Shown: positions 48,586 to 59,460, counted from the stretch's first letter. The stretch is DNA of 64,000 nt from Thermoproteota archaeon (GCA_032249235.1 JAVVGF010000002.1:96001-160000); one strand, 5' to 3'. Numbers and translations: made by a program. Notes: generated from the sequence alone by a model not told the origin.

Positions 48586-51309
48586 TTCTAGCATAGTTGA
48601 TTTCATATTCTATAATTCTTTTAATCAAATCATTTTTATTTCCATTCCAATTTATCAAAATCCTTCTAGCGAATTCAGGACCTATACCTCTACCAGCCAT
48701 AACTAAAGCAGCGATTTTTCCAAATCTAGCCATTAGTTCTGAACTTAAAATGAAACGGTTAAAGTCATTGTCTAACTTTTTCAGTTCCTTTATCCTTGAT
48801 CTCTTAAAAGCTTCAACAACTTTCATCATACCTTCATCATATGGATTTACAACAGCTATCTTTACAGAACCGCATCTAAAACAACGAGGATTCTCCTCTA
48901 GCTCACTTACTTTCTTTTTGATTTCGTATTTGCATGCAAAGCAAATAAACAGTAATTCTTCATCAAGCAAACGCTTCTCAACAGCCTCGACTAATGAAAG
49001 CGCAGGTTTATCAATTATTTCTTTGAATATAGGAAAGCGTGATAAAAGTTTAGAAGCTATAGGAGACGGATTTCTAGTTTCGAAACAAAGCACCTTAATA
49101 TCTCTACTGAGGTTATTAACAAAGTCTAACAGTTCATCTATATTTAAGTAGTATTGGAAATACCATTTTATTGCTTCTTCTTCAGAGAATGTATTTCTTA
49201 ATGATCTGAGAATCTTTGGTGTTATTTCTTTAAAAGATTCTTTCTTGAAAACGCCCGTAAAAACTGAAACTTGTTTTAGGATGGAAAGAAAAACATAATC
49301 ATCGTATAAGAAATTCGCTATGAAATCCCTATCATTATAAATTTTTGGAATCATGTTTACGTATCTAAGGAGTTGATCAAAAGTTATTTGCTCTTTTATT
49401 TGCATTACAACACCATAAGCTGTTGATATTGTTTCAGTTATTTTGTTTCGAAGAATGCCTTTTAAAAGAGTTGCCAGCGCTCTATTTATTTTTGTACCAC
49501 GAGGATTTATTATAATAAAAAAGTTTTCAAATTTTTCTACGATTAAAAGATCTTTAGAAGGAATAAAAGGTGAATTAATTATGATTTCTTTAGTAAATGA
49601 TTCAATTTCCTTCAATAATTCTTGATCTATAGTAACATATCCTTGATTTAGCTTTGTGAATTGTTTGAATTTAATTAACTCCTTTAGCAATTCGAAAACA
49701 TTTTCTGCAACTTCTTTGCTAACAGGTAATAGCTCGCCTATCCATATGGGTATTTCTGCTTCAGAAGAAACTTCTAAAAGCTCAGCTATATTTTTCTCTT
49801 CATTTATAGATACAACTTTCCAAGCTTTACCTGCAAGAACCAATGGAACATTATCTTCATAACATTCGAAAAGTATACGTCCATCAACTTTACCTATCAA
49901 CTTTCTTGAATGAATATCAATACAACTATACAAAGGTTCTTCAAATATCGTAGATATTGTATTAAAATAATAAGGTATAGCTTTTATTCTAATCGGATAT
50001 ATATTTTCATTTTTTATTGTAATCAATCTACTATTAGATAAATTATTAAGAATATTTTCTAGTTCTTCATTAGAAAGATTTTTATATAAATTTATATTTT
50101 TGATTTTAGAATATAGATCATATACACTAATTGATCCATTAATTAATAATAAACCTATAATATGATGTATTAAAATATCGTAAGTATTAACAATTTTTTC
50201 TTTTTCTAAGATATCATTATTAGAATTATTAGCAATTACATAAGCTTCTAGTGCTTCAATTGGGTCTGTTACAAAGATTTCTCCTCTTGCATTCAATCCA
50301 AATTTATGCTGGGATCTTCCGACCCTTTGCTTAAATATCTTAGCTTGAATAGGAGAACCATATTGTATAACAATATCTACAAACGGAATATCTAAGCCAT
50401 ATTCTAAAGAACTTGTAGCAACTACGGCTTTTAACTTACCTTCTTTTAATTTAGTTTCAACTTCTTCTCTAACTTCTTTACCTAAGCTGCTATGATGAGC
50501 TTCAATGTTAAGATTTTGTTTCTCTTTTAAAAAATATGCAAGATGTTCAGCCATGCTTCTAGTATTAGCGAATATTATAGCTGAGTTGTGCTCTTCAAGT
50601 ATTTTCTCAACTTTTAATGCAAAATCGTTTAAGTTTTTTGAAAATCTAATAACAACATTTGCCATTCTTTCAGAGCTTTCATTTATAATTACATAGCTTT
50701 TATTTCCAAAGAGCAATTCAGCTAAAATATTCGCCTCGATAATTGTTGCAGACAAACCTATTATACGGAAACTATTTTTGAACTCTTTCAATCTCTCAAT
50801 TGTAAGCAATAAATGAATACCTCTTCTACCTTCAAGAAGTTCATGTACTTCATCTATTATTAAAAACTCTAAATCTTTGAAATACTTATTGAATCCTTCT
50901 ATTACACATAAAGCGTCAAGAGTTTCAGGAGTAGTTATAAGTATATGAGGTGGAGATTGCAATAAGTTAGATCTTTCTGAAGATGGAGAATCGCCATGGC
51001 GAACTTTTATTTTGACCCCTAAGTTTTCGCATAACGTAGCCATTCTTCTAAATATATCTCTATTTAAAGCTCGTAGAGGAGTTACATAGATGGCCCTTAA
51101 ACCTTGAAGATTCCTTCTCATTATGATATCTATAATTGGAAAAAACACAGCTTCTGTTTTTCCTGAACCTGTTGGAGAAGATATTAACAAATTTGTCTCT
51201 TTAAATAAAACAACAGGTATCGATTTCTCTTGAATAAGAGTAGGTCTTATATAACCTAGTTTATGAATTTCATTTCTTAGCCTATCATTAAGTAGAAAAA
51301 ACTATCCAT
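48548..51309 (-). CDS. lhr: Lhr-family SF2 helicase; the start codon at 51309 is out of frame with the body
   Basis: SPTGSGKT, PLRAL, TTPE, DEVH, SAT, HHSS, QRVGRS and a C-terminal Zn finger. The Q-motif segment (LGY.RPT.IQ) is in frame upstream of the tracked TTG, but the only ATG is out of frame and needs a -1 shift. Confidence 0.9.
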
Positions 51310-51331
51310 AAACTTTTATGAAATAACTTCT

Positions 51332-51673
51332 TTATTTTTTCTCTGGTGGTGGTGGAGGCTGCTCTTTACTTGTTTCTTGGGTAGCTTGTTTTGCAGCTTC
51401 TTCTAATTCTTTTTGTATTTCTTCTATGGGTTTAGGAGGTGGTGTTGTCAAAATGGTCCAACCAATCCAAGCAGCAATAGCACCTATACCTACGATCGCT
51501 ACAATTATCGGTATCCTGATCAACCAAAGTTGAACTTCTCTATCATTCAACCATGTTAAAGCCGGAATGGCATTTGGAGCAAGTGGCACTAATAGTAATC
51601 CTATTAGATAAATTATTATTATTATTACTGAAACAATTAATATTGCGCCGCCAATTACTCTATCAGAGACCAT
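51332..51673 (-). CDS. Two-TM membrane protein resembling DPM2/DPM3 subunits
   Basis: DRVIGGAILIVSVIIIIIY...IPIIV...WIGWT..T, followed by a short coiled coil. Divergent from uppS. Confidence 0.55.
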   Translation of the reverse strand: MVSDRVIGGAILIVSVIIIIIYLIGLLLVPLAPNAIPALTWLNDREVQLWLIRIPIIVAIVGIGAIAAWIGWTILTTPPPKPIEEIQKELEEAAKQATQETSKEQPPPPPEKK

Positions 51674-51730
51674 ATTGAAAACTATCTCTTTTAAATGCTT
51701 ATAAATCTATTCTCCCAAATTTATTGAATA

Positions 51731-52513
51731 ATGCTCAGATGGTTGCTTATTCATTTGGGGATCTATAAATTTTATCAATGGAATTTGCTCAAACAAATAA
51801 AAAATAAACCAATGCCTTCACATGTCGCAGTTATACTAGATGGAAATAGAAGATGGGCTATGGAAAATAATTTACCGCCTTGGATGGGTCATAGAAAAGG
51901 AGCAGAGAATGTAAAGTTATTACTAAGAGAATGTCTTAAACTTGGAATAAAGACTTTAACGGTATATGCTTTTTCGATCGAAAACTTTCAAAGAAGCAAA
52001 AGAGAAATTGAAGAAATTATGAAAATAGCCGAAGAAAAACTTGAAGAAATAATCAACTCTAAGGAAATTTATGAAAATGAAGTAAGAGTAAAATTGCTCG
52101 GTAGAAGAGAACTGTTACCAGAATCCCTCATCAAGAAATTTGATGAAGTTGAAGAAAGAACAAAACACTTTACTAAGCATTTCCTTAACATAGCAATGGC
52201 ATATGGGGGTAGGACTGAAATAGTTGATGCTGTTAAAAAACTTGTGAGTGATTTAATAAATGGCAAAGTAAAAATCGAAGACATAACAGAAGAGGAAATA
52301 GAAAAAAGACTATATACTTATCACTTACCAAATCCCTATCCAGATCTTATAATAAGAACTAGTGGTGAAGAAAGACTCTCTGGCTTCTTACTTTGGCAAT
52401 CAGCTTATAGTGAGCTATGCTTTCTAGAAGTTTACTGGCCTGAATTTAGGGCAATAGACTTATATAGAGCGATCAGAACATATCAAAGAAGAAATAGGAG
52501 GTTCGGAAAGTGA
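51731..52513 (+). CDS. uppS: cis-prenyltransferase (polyprenyl/dolichyl diphosphate synthase)
   Basis: HVAVILDGNRRWA, YAFS.ENF.R, YGGR.EI, IRTSGE.RLSGFLLWQ and RRFGK. Confidence 0.96.
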   Translation: MLRWLLIHLGIYKFYQWNLLKQIKNKPMPSHVAVILDGNRRWAMENNLPPWMGHRKGAENVKLLLRECLKLGIKTLTVYAFSIENFQRSKREIEEIMKIAEEKLEEIINSKEIYENEVRVKLLGRRELLPESLIKKFDEVEERTKHFTKHFLNIAMAYGGRTEIVDAVKKLVSDLINGKVKIEDITEEEIEKRLYTYHLPNPYPDLIIRTSGEERLSGFLLWQSAYSELCFLEVYWPEFRAIDLYRAIRTYQRRNRRFGK

Positions 52514-53715
52514 GGAAATTATCTTCACTAGTTGAGAGAGTAAAACATTCAGCAATCAGAGAAATGCTTAAAGAAGTTGCGGAACTGAGATTAAAAGGCT
52601 ATGATATAATTCAGCTTTCAACAGGACAACCTAGCTTACCTGTTGATGAAGAAGTATTAGAATATTTAATAGAAGAGATGAGGAAAAATAGGCTACTAGT
52701 TAGTTCATATACTCCTACAAAAGGTTTGAGAAGTGTTTTAGAAGCAATTCAGAATGATTTGAAAGTATTTGGAAATATAGATGTAGCGTTAAATGAGCTC
52801 GTGATAACTGAAGGAGCAACGGAAGGATTATTGTTGACAGCACTTACAATACTTGATAGAGACGATGAACTGATAATCATGGATCCAAGTTATGTTAGTT
52901 ATCCCCAAGATGCAATAATAGCTGGTGCAAAGCCAGTTTTCGTTGAAGAAAATATAGAAGAAGGTTTTCAACCAAACATTAATAGAATTTTAGAACATAT
53001 AACGCCAAAAACTAAAGCTATTCTTATTGCTACTCCAGACAATCCAACAGGTAGAATATTGAGGAAAGATGTAGCTAAGGCTTTAATAGATATTTCAGAG
53101 GACCATGATATATGGCTTGTTATCGATGAGGCATACAAACACTTAATTTATGAAGGTGAACATTTTTGGTTCTGGAGAGAAGATAGAGCAAGAGAAAGGA
53201 CAATATGCGTCAATACGTTTTCAAAAGATCCTGCAATGACGGGCTTTAGATTGGGATATGTTTATGGTCCAAAAGAAGTAATTACAGCTATCGAAAAATT
53301 TAAGCAATATTTGACTTTAAGCTCGAATACGCCTGCACAAATTGCTGCAGTCTACTATCTTAAGCCTGAAGTTAAAAAGAGAATACTTGAATACACGCTC
53401 CGAATATACAAGAGCAGAAGAGATAAAATGTATGAAGCAGTAAGGCAATATTTGCCTGAAGCGGTTACAATAAAACCTGAAGGTGCCATGTACTTATTTG
53501 CAAATATGAAAAACTATTTCGACAAAATGAACTTAAGCGACCAAGAATTTATGGTCAAGCTAATAAAAGAAAAACATGTTGCCGTTGTGGCTGGAAGTTC
53601 TTTCGGAGAAAAAGGTAAGAATCATATAAGATTTACTTTTGTTGGAGAGCCTGAAGATAGAATTGAAAAAGGGATAAAATTAATAAGAGAGTTCATTGAT
53701 GAAAAGATCAGTTAA
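52510..53715 (+). CDS. PLP-dependent aminotransferase class I/II
   Basis: GQP, PDNPTG, DEAY and FSK...MTGFRLG. Confidence 0.93.
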   Translation: MRKLSSLVERVKHSAIREMLKEVAELRLKGYDIIQLSTGQPSLPVDEEVLEYLIEEMRKNRLLVSSYTPTKGLRSVLEAIQNDLKVFGNIDVALNELVITEGATEGLLLTALTILDRDDELIIMDPSYVSYPQDAIIAGAKPVFVEENIEEGFQPNINRILEHITPKTKAILIATPDNPTGRILRKDVAKALIDISEDHDIWLVIDEAYKHLIYEGEHFWFWREDRARERTICVNTFSKDPAMTGFRLGYVYGPKEVITAIEKFKQYLTLSSNTPAQIAAVYYLKPEVKKRILEYTLRIYKSRRDKMYEAVRQYLPEAVTIKPEGAMYLFANMKNYFDKMNLSDQEFMVKLIKEKHVAVVAGSSFGEKGKNHIRFTFVGEPEDRIEKGIKLIREFIDEKIS

Positions 53716-54482
53716 TGATATTAAACAAAGATTTCAGTTTAACTGATATTGATAATGTTAACGAATTAATTTTTGAAGACAATAAATATATACCAAATAA
53801 AAAATTATTTAAAGATTTAAAATTTCTTTATCTTGAAACATCAAATATCGATGATAATACAGTAATGTATTATGTATTCAGAAATATTATAATTCCTCAA
53901 TTGAAGGATTTTTTCGAAAACAAACAATTAAGAATAGATTTAACAGTAATGGAAAACATAAAAGTAGGGAAAGAAAGGAACAAGACGCATGGACATCATC
54001 ATCCTGAAGCTGCACCAGGAAGATCCTTTCCTGAAATATATAAGGTACTAGAAGGAAAAGTATGCTTTATTTTGCAGAAAAATGACTTAGAAAAAGTAGA
54101 AGATATCATGATCGTTGAATTGTCTAAAGATGAATGGATTATGATACCACCAAATTATGGTCATATAATGATAAATCTAAATGAAGGTAGATCAGTTACA
54201 TTGAATATAGTAAGTGACCGTTTTATTCCAATATATGAAATATATAAGATATTAAGAGGTGCTGCAGTTTATTTAACAAATGAAGGTCTTATCCCGAACA
54301 ATAATTATAAACTTGCTTGTATTCCTAAGTTTTATAGATCCACATTCAAGATTGAAAATCTATATGATAGTTTGAAAAGAGAAGAAATTTTCATTAAAGC
54401 GCTTAATAGACCTTATTTAATAAAAGATTATTCTGTATATTTCGAAGAAATTATGGAAAAGAAATTTCAATTGCTTTCTTAA
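53715..54482 (+). CDS. Cupin-type glucose-6-phosphate isomerase
   Basis: YY.FR, KT.GH.H, PEIY.V..G and IPPNYGH..IN. Confidence 0.82.
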   Translation: MILNKDFSLTDIDNVNELIFEDNKYIPNKKLFKDLKFLYLETSNIDDNTVMYYVFRNIIIPQLKDFFENKQLRIDLTVMENIKVGKERNKTHGHHHPEAAPGRSFPEIYKVLEGKVCFILQKNDLEKVEDIMIVELSKDEWIMIPPNYGHIMINLNEGRSVTLNIVSDRFIPIYEIYKILRGAAVYLTNEGLIPNNNYKLACIPKFYRSTFKIENLYDSLKREEIFIKALNRPYLIKDYSVYFEEIMEKKFQLLS

Positions 54483-55107
54483 ACTCCTTAACTAATTCTT
54501 CTATGTTATTAATATTCCTCTCATCAATAAGTATAGATAAAGAACCAACCCCTAATCTTACACAAATAGAATACGATTGAGGATCATTTAAGCCTGCAAT
54601 TATTAAAGGAGCAGAGGAAATGCGTACTAAATCTTTTATTATTCTAAAAATTTCTGGATGATCGCTTATATTTTTACTTATATTTTCAGGAATTTTATAA
54701 TAAAAATAATCTGGAGTTAAATAGGATATCGAAAGAACTTTACTTAAGACATCTTTAAAGCCTGTCAGATCCAGGCTGAATTCAAGGCCTAATTTTCGAA
54801 TATAGCTTAGGCGATTTAAAACTTCTTCTTCATCAACTGAAGCATGAATTGAAAATACATCAGCGCCTGCTTCATATATTATTTTTCCTTCTTCCTCGAT
54901 ATTATCAATAGTCTTAGTATCTGCATAGATTTTTGCTTTAGGTAGCGCTCTTCTTATCTCTGAAATTATATATATTCCATGCTTCTTCAAGAGTGAATTG
55001 CTTATTTCTATAACTTCAGCACCGCTCAAAAAAGCCTTTGTTGCTAATTTTATGCATTTATCTACATCAAGAACACCAAGAGAGACATGTAAACTAGGTT
55101 TAGCCAT
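54451..55107 (-). CDS. 3-hexulose-6-phosphate synthase/OMP-decarboxylase-family protein, divergent
   Basis: ADTKTID (DxKxxD) and AGAD retained. The canonical ALD and EAGTP motifs read SLG and EISNS. Confidence 0.65.
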   Translation of the reverse strand: MAKPSLHVSLGVLDVDKCIKLATKAFLSGAEVIEISNSLLKKHGIYIISEIRRALPKAKIYADTKTIDNIEEEGKIIYEAGADVFSIHASVDEEEVLNRLSYIRKLGLEFSLDLTGFKDVLSKVLSISYLTPDYFYYKIPENISKNISDHPEIFRIIKDLVRISSAPLIIAGLNDPQSYSICVRLGVGSLSILIDERNINNIEELVKEFKKAIEISFP

Positions 55108-55170
55108 AGCTTTATGGTTTTATAAGTATAGTTACTTTTATCTTTTTATTCGATAAATATAAATTCAAAT

Positions 55171-56313
55171 ATGAAAGTTCAAAAAATTACGCTCATCGAT
55201 GGTTTGTACAATGAATTAAGAAGCAAATTCAAAATATTCAATGAACGTCTAAACTCGATATCAAGAAGCTTAAAATATTTAGATAGCCTCTCTTTTTCAA
55301 GCCTAAAATTGTTTGATTACGAAAATTTCATAATTGAAGATCCCTTTTTATTATTTAAAGCAAATGAGATTGCTTGGCCTAAAAGCATAGAGGATCTCGA
55401 AAATATTTCAATTCCTTTAAAAACGCCAAGTTTGGAAAACCTCGAAATAATCTCCTTTAGTTATAATATTGAAAACTTTCAAGAAATATTACCGCCTTTC
55501 CAGCTTTACGAATTGAGCATATTCAAGAAATGGAAGAAAACTGAAAAGAACTACAATCTTTATAGGATTAAGTTTCTTAAAAAAATCTCCAAAGATAATG
55601 AACTGTATCTACAAAGTGATTTTCTAAAGGAAATATTTGAATTAATCATAGATTTCTTATCTCATGAAAGAGAATTTGAAGATAAAGTAAAGATTTTAAT
55701 TAGTGAAATACCTTTTTCATGCACACAAGCTTTTAATATGCCAAAAGAGGAAAGAGATAAAATATTCGAGATTGTTCAAAATTTATTGGTTACTCTTAAA
55801 AGCTTAGGAGTAATACCCATTTCCATTAATAAATACAACGGTTCGCCTGTCCTTTCAACTATTCTTCATACATTAGAGAAAATGGGAAGAAAGGAAGAGT
55901 TTATAGATATTGAATTGATTAACGATAAACTTTTCTTAGCTGGCAAGTTAAAAACTGAAGAAAGAACACCATTATTTCATTATACAAACCATATCATAGA
56001 TAACCCATATCTTAAGGAAAGACTGTATTTATTCTATATCAGATTTGATGTAGATTACATTGAGCGGATTGAAATACCCAGCTATGCAACGAACCAGATT
56101 GAATTAATCCATTCTGTATTGCTTAATGAATATAGATTGGCGATTCGCAAGTTTAAACAAAAAGGGTATTATTCCTTATTTAACGCAAACAGAAATTTAT
56201 TGAGCAAGAGAGTTAAGAGAAAAGATCTGATCAATTTAATAGATTTGATGATCAAAGATGAAATGGTAAAAAACTATAAGAAAAAGATCGGTTTAATCGC
56301 AAACTTTGTTTAA
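55171..56313 (+). CDS. NurA-like protein, probably degenerate
   Basis: C-terminal ERTPLF, FYIR, RIEIP and GY..L..A pattern of NurA. No N-terminal DGS. Confidence 0.5.
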   Translation: MKVQKITLIDGLYNELRSKFKIFNERLNSISRSLKYLDSLSFSSLKLFDYENFIIEDPFLLFKANEIAWPKSIEDLENISIPLKTPSLENLEIISFSYNIENFQEILPPFQLYELSIFKKWKKTEKNYNLYRIKFLKKISKDNELYLQSDFLKEIFELIIDFLSHEREFEDKVKILISEIPFSCTQAFNMPKEERDKIFEIVQNLLVTLKSLGVIPISINKYNGSPVLSTILHTLEKMGRKEEFIDIELINDKLFLAGKLKTEERTPLFHYTNHIIDNPYLKERLYLFYIRFDVDYIERIEIPSYATNQIELIHSVLLNEYRLAIRKFKQKGYYSLFNANRNLLSKRVKRKDLINLIDLMIKDEMVKNYKKKIGLIANFV

Positions 56314-56337
56314 ATAAATTAATGATTAAATTAAATA

Positions 56338-57417
56338 ATGAAAATCTTAGGAAGACAGAAAAAGCTATTTGAGGTATTAGAGATAAAAGGTACAGATGCC
56401 TTTTTCAGCACAAATCCTTCAAACGTAAGATATTTTACAGATGTAATAGCGAACAGATATCCTGAACGCTCGGTATATCTTCTAGCAACAAAGGATAAAT
56501 TTTATGTTTTAACTTACCCTCTAGAAATCGAATCAGTAAAAAGCGAAGCTAAAAATTGTGAGATTATAGAATTAAGATCAAACATAAAGTTAGAAGAGAT
56601 TTTAGAGAAAATTTTAGGAAAGGATGCAAAACTCGGAGTCGAGTATACTACTTTATCATATTTTTTAGGTGAAAGATTAGCTACGAAATTCAAGCTTGAA
56701 GATTTATCTAGAGAAATTGCAAAGATTAGAGCAATCAAAGATGAAGAAGAAATAAATGAAATAAAAAAAGCAATAGAAAAGACTGAAAGAACATTGGAAA
56801 AGGTCAAGGAATTGATAAATTCCAGTAAAATTACTGAGAAAGAAGCCGCTTTGAAATGTATGAAATTGCTAATCGAAAATGGTTGTGAATGGTTTGCTTT
56901 CGAACCAATCATAGCCTCAGGCGAAAACGGAGCTTTTCCTCATGCTATACCTACTGATAAACCTATAAAAGAAAATACATTCACAATCGTTGATATAGGT
57001 GGTCGTGATAAAGCAGGAGGTTATTGTGCTGACATAACAAGAACCTTCGCTAAAGGTAAAATATCTGAAGAAGATAGAAAAATATTCGAAGTAGTTAAAG
57101 AAGCATTGCTCAGTGCAATAGATTCAATCTATGAAGGTGTCAAGGCTAAGGAAGTTGATGGAATAGCTAGAAAAATTTTGTCCAAATACGGTTTAGAGAA
57201 ATACTTCAATCATGGCTTAGGACATGGCATAGGTCTTGATGTACATGAATATCCTTCAGTGAATAGCGCTTCAGAAGATATATTGCTTAGCGGCTATGTA
57301 ATAACAATAGAACCAGGAGTTTATTTTCCAGGAAAGTATGGAATAAGATTGGAACAAGATGTTGTGGTTAGAAAAAATAAAGCAGAAATTCTTACCGAGT
57401 TTCCTTTAGATTATTAA
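56338..57417 (+). CDS. pepQ: Xaa-Pro aminopeptidase/prolidase (M24)
   Basis: PHA, DIG, DITRT, HGLGHGIGLDVHE, TIEPG and GIRLE. Confidence 0.93.
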   Translation: MKILGRQKKLFEVLEIKGTDAFFSTNPSNVRYFTDVIANRYPERSVYLLATKDKFYVLTYPLEIESVKSEAKNCEIIELRSNIKLEEILEKILGKDAKLGVEYTTLSYFLGERLATKFKLEDLSREIAKIRAIKDEEEINEIKKAIEKTERTLEKVKELINSSKITEKEAALKCMKLLIENGCEWFAFEPIIASGENGAFPHAIPTDKPIKENTFTIVDIGGRDKAGGYCADITRTFAKGKISEEDRKIFEVVKEALLSAIDSIYEGVKAKEVDGIARKILSKYGLEKYFNHGLGHGIGLDVHEYPSVNSASEDILLSGYVITIEPGVYFPGKYGIRLEQDVVVRKNKAEILTEFPLDY

Positions 57418-58502
57418 TATATTTTTTCCAGTATTATAACAACTAGATTCAATAAGAATAGTAATAGAACAAGAAATAGAGCATTTATGCCGAATATTTT
57501 GAAATCATATGATGGCTGTTTGAGGACATTTCCAATATATGTGAGTATTAATCCCATCGATATTACAAAAAATATTCCTATGAAATCTTGTCTTACTGGT
57601 TTAAAAGCTAGATAATGCTCAAGCATTCTTGAACTCAAGAAAATAATCAAAGCGATGGCGCATACCAAGACAGTATTTAAATAAGGTGTAAAAGGTGCTA
57701 ATATAAATTCTCCTATAAGTTGAAGAGGAGAAATGTTCTGTTTTGAAATATAAATCTCGTATGCAACATTATATCCATTATAAAGTGCTAATAAAATTAG
57801 GATGGATGCCAAAACGAATGATGTTGATTGTAATTTGTATTTTGACCAAGCTTCTATCACTACGTCGTCTATATTGAAACCTTTAACGAAAGCAATTATA
57901 CCTAGAAATAAGATTATCGCAATCGAGAACAATTGACTTAAGTTTAGGAAAGAGAGAAGAGCGTATAATATAAATAATATTCCTGGTATTCCTACTATTA
58001 ATCTACGTAAATATGGTTCATTTAAAATTTTCCTAATATATCTCGATAGTATAACGAACGTTTCTTCAACACCTTCTGATTGGCCTACGATAACACGTTT
58101 TATGGAAATAATAGGTAAGATTGATGAAACAATAGGTATTACTAGCTCATCTCTCCCTCCATCACTGACAAATATTGCGCCATCAGCATTAAATTTACTC
58201 AAAACCGTTTCAAGTTCCTCTCTTATTCTAATATCTGATTCAATGCCTTCTTCAACTTCACCAGATATCGTTGCTATTTGACATTCATCAAAAACTTTCT
58301 TAGTGTTTAATTCATCATAAAGTTTGATCGCATAAAACAAAGCATTCAAATCCGAATCTTCAGGAGAAGATAAAGCAAAAGATAAAGCAGCTTCATAATT
58401 TTTATCTCTGCCAATTATAGGTGTAGGTATATTAGTAACTTTAGTTATATCCCCATCTTTATCAACGTATAGTATCAATACACGCTTGGATTTAGCAGTC
58501 AC
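57414..58502 (-). CDS. DUF373 family membrane protein
   Basis: LILYVD.D.DI, TPIIGR, PEDSD.N, VSDG..DE and C-terminal TM segments. Confidence 0.88.
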   Translation of the reverse strand: MTAKSKRVLILYVDKDGDITKVTNIPTPIIGRDKNYEAALSFALSSPEDSDLNALFYAIKLYDELNTKKVFDECQIATISGEVEEGIESDIRIREELETVLSKFNADGAIFVSDGGRDELVIPIVSSILPIISIKRVIVGQSEGVEETFVILSRYIRKILNEPYLRRLIVGIPGILFILYALLSFLNLSQLFSIAIILFLGIIAFVKGFNIDDVVIEAWSKYKLQSTSFVLASILILLALYNGYNVAYEIYISKQNISPLQLIGEFILAPFTPYLNTVLVCAIALIIFLSSRMLEHYLAFKPVRQDFIGIFFVISMGLILTYIGNVLKQPSYDFKIFGINALFLVLLLFLLNLVVIILEKIY

Positions 58503-58560
58503 TAATCTTTTTATTATAACGAAAATTTAAAATTCAAATTCTTTAAAAAAATAATTAAAA

Positions 58561-59460
58561 TTATTCGGTAGCCCCGAGGGTTTCTCCATATTGTTTGTAC
58601 AATATTTGTAACTCACTCAATTCCAATTTTTCACCACGTTTAAATTTTTCAAGGGCTTTTTTGGCAAGCTCTTGCTCAATATTTACAGTTTGTTCAGAGA
58701 CTCTAGCCCTTATAGATAATCTTCTTCTTGCAATCTCTTCCCTTATCTTGTTGTACTGATCTTTTATTTCTGCGTATTCTTTTATAACATTCAACAGATT
58801 TTCTTTGATTTTATCTATTTCTCTGCTTTTATTGATTAGTTGATTCATAAGCTCTCTTATTTGCTTTTTGAATTCTTTTATAATTTGGTTAACCTTAACT
58901 AGCTCTTCGATTAAAGCTTCTCTTTTAGCTAAAAGCTCATTTATCTTTAAGTTGACCTCTTTTGTTTTTTCCTTAAACCTTTCACCTTTTTCAAGCAGTA
59001 GACTTTTTCTTTCTAGTTCAATTATTTTATCTATCAAATTCAGCTCTTCATCAGGCGGTAAAGGCGTAGTTTGCTGGATCCATTCTAATTTTGCCAACCG
59101 ACTTAGAAGCTTATCCTTATCATCCCTTATTTGAGTTTGTAAGCTTTTCAATTGTTGATATAATCTCTTTTTCTCTTCAGCCAAATAAAGCCTAGATGTT
59201 TTATAATTTTCAAGCTCTTTTCTTATGCTCTCAGATCTCTGAACTTGTGCAGATACTGCTTCTTTGAGCTTCAATATTTCTTTTTTTAAGTTTCCAGCTT
59301 CCCTTACTAGCTCAGACCTTTTTTGAATTAAAGTGTAGATTTCTTTTTTCTTGTATAACATTAGAGATTTAATTTCAGATAACTTTTCCTCTAGTTCTTC
59401 TTCTGAGAGTTTATCTAAAGACAAAGAGAGACCTTCGTTCTTTTCTTTGGTTGTTGACAT
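58561..59460 (-). CDS. Archaeal long coiled-coil protein (COG1340-like)
   Basis: Heptad-rich, LEW.QQT and KF.RGEKL...EL. Confidence 0.8.
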   Translation of the reverse strand: MSTTKEKNEGLSLSLDKLSEEELEEKLSEIKSLMLYKKKEIYTLIQKRSELVREAGNLKKEILKLKEAVSAQVQRSESIRKELENYKTSRLYLAEEKKRLYQQLKSLQTQIRDDKDKLLSRLAKLEWIQQTTPLPPDEELNLIDKIIELERKSLLLEKGERFKEKTKEVNLKINELLAKREALIEELVKVNQIIKEFKKQIRELMNQLINKSREIDKIKENLLNVIKEYAEIKDQYNKIREEIARRRLSIRARVSEQTVNIEQELAKKALEKFKRGEKLELSELQILYKQYGETLGATE

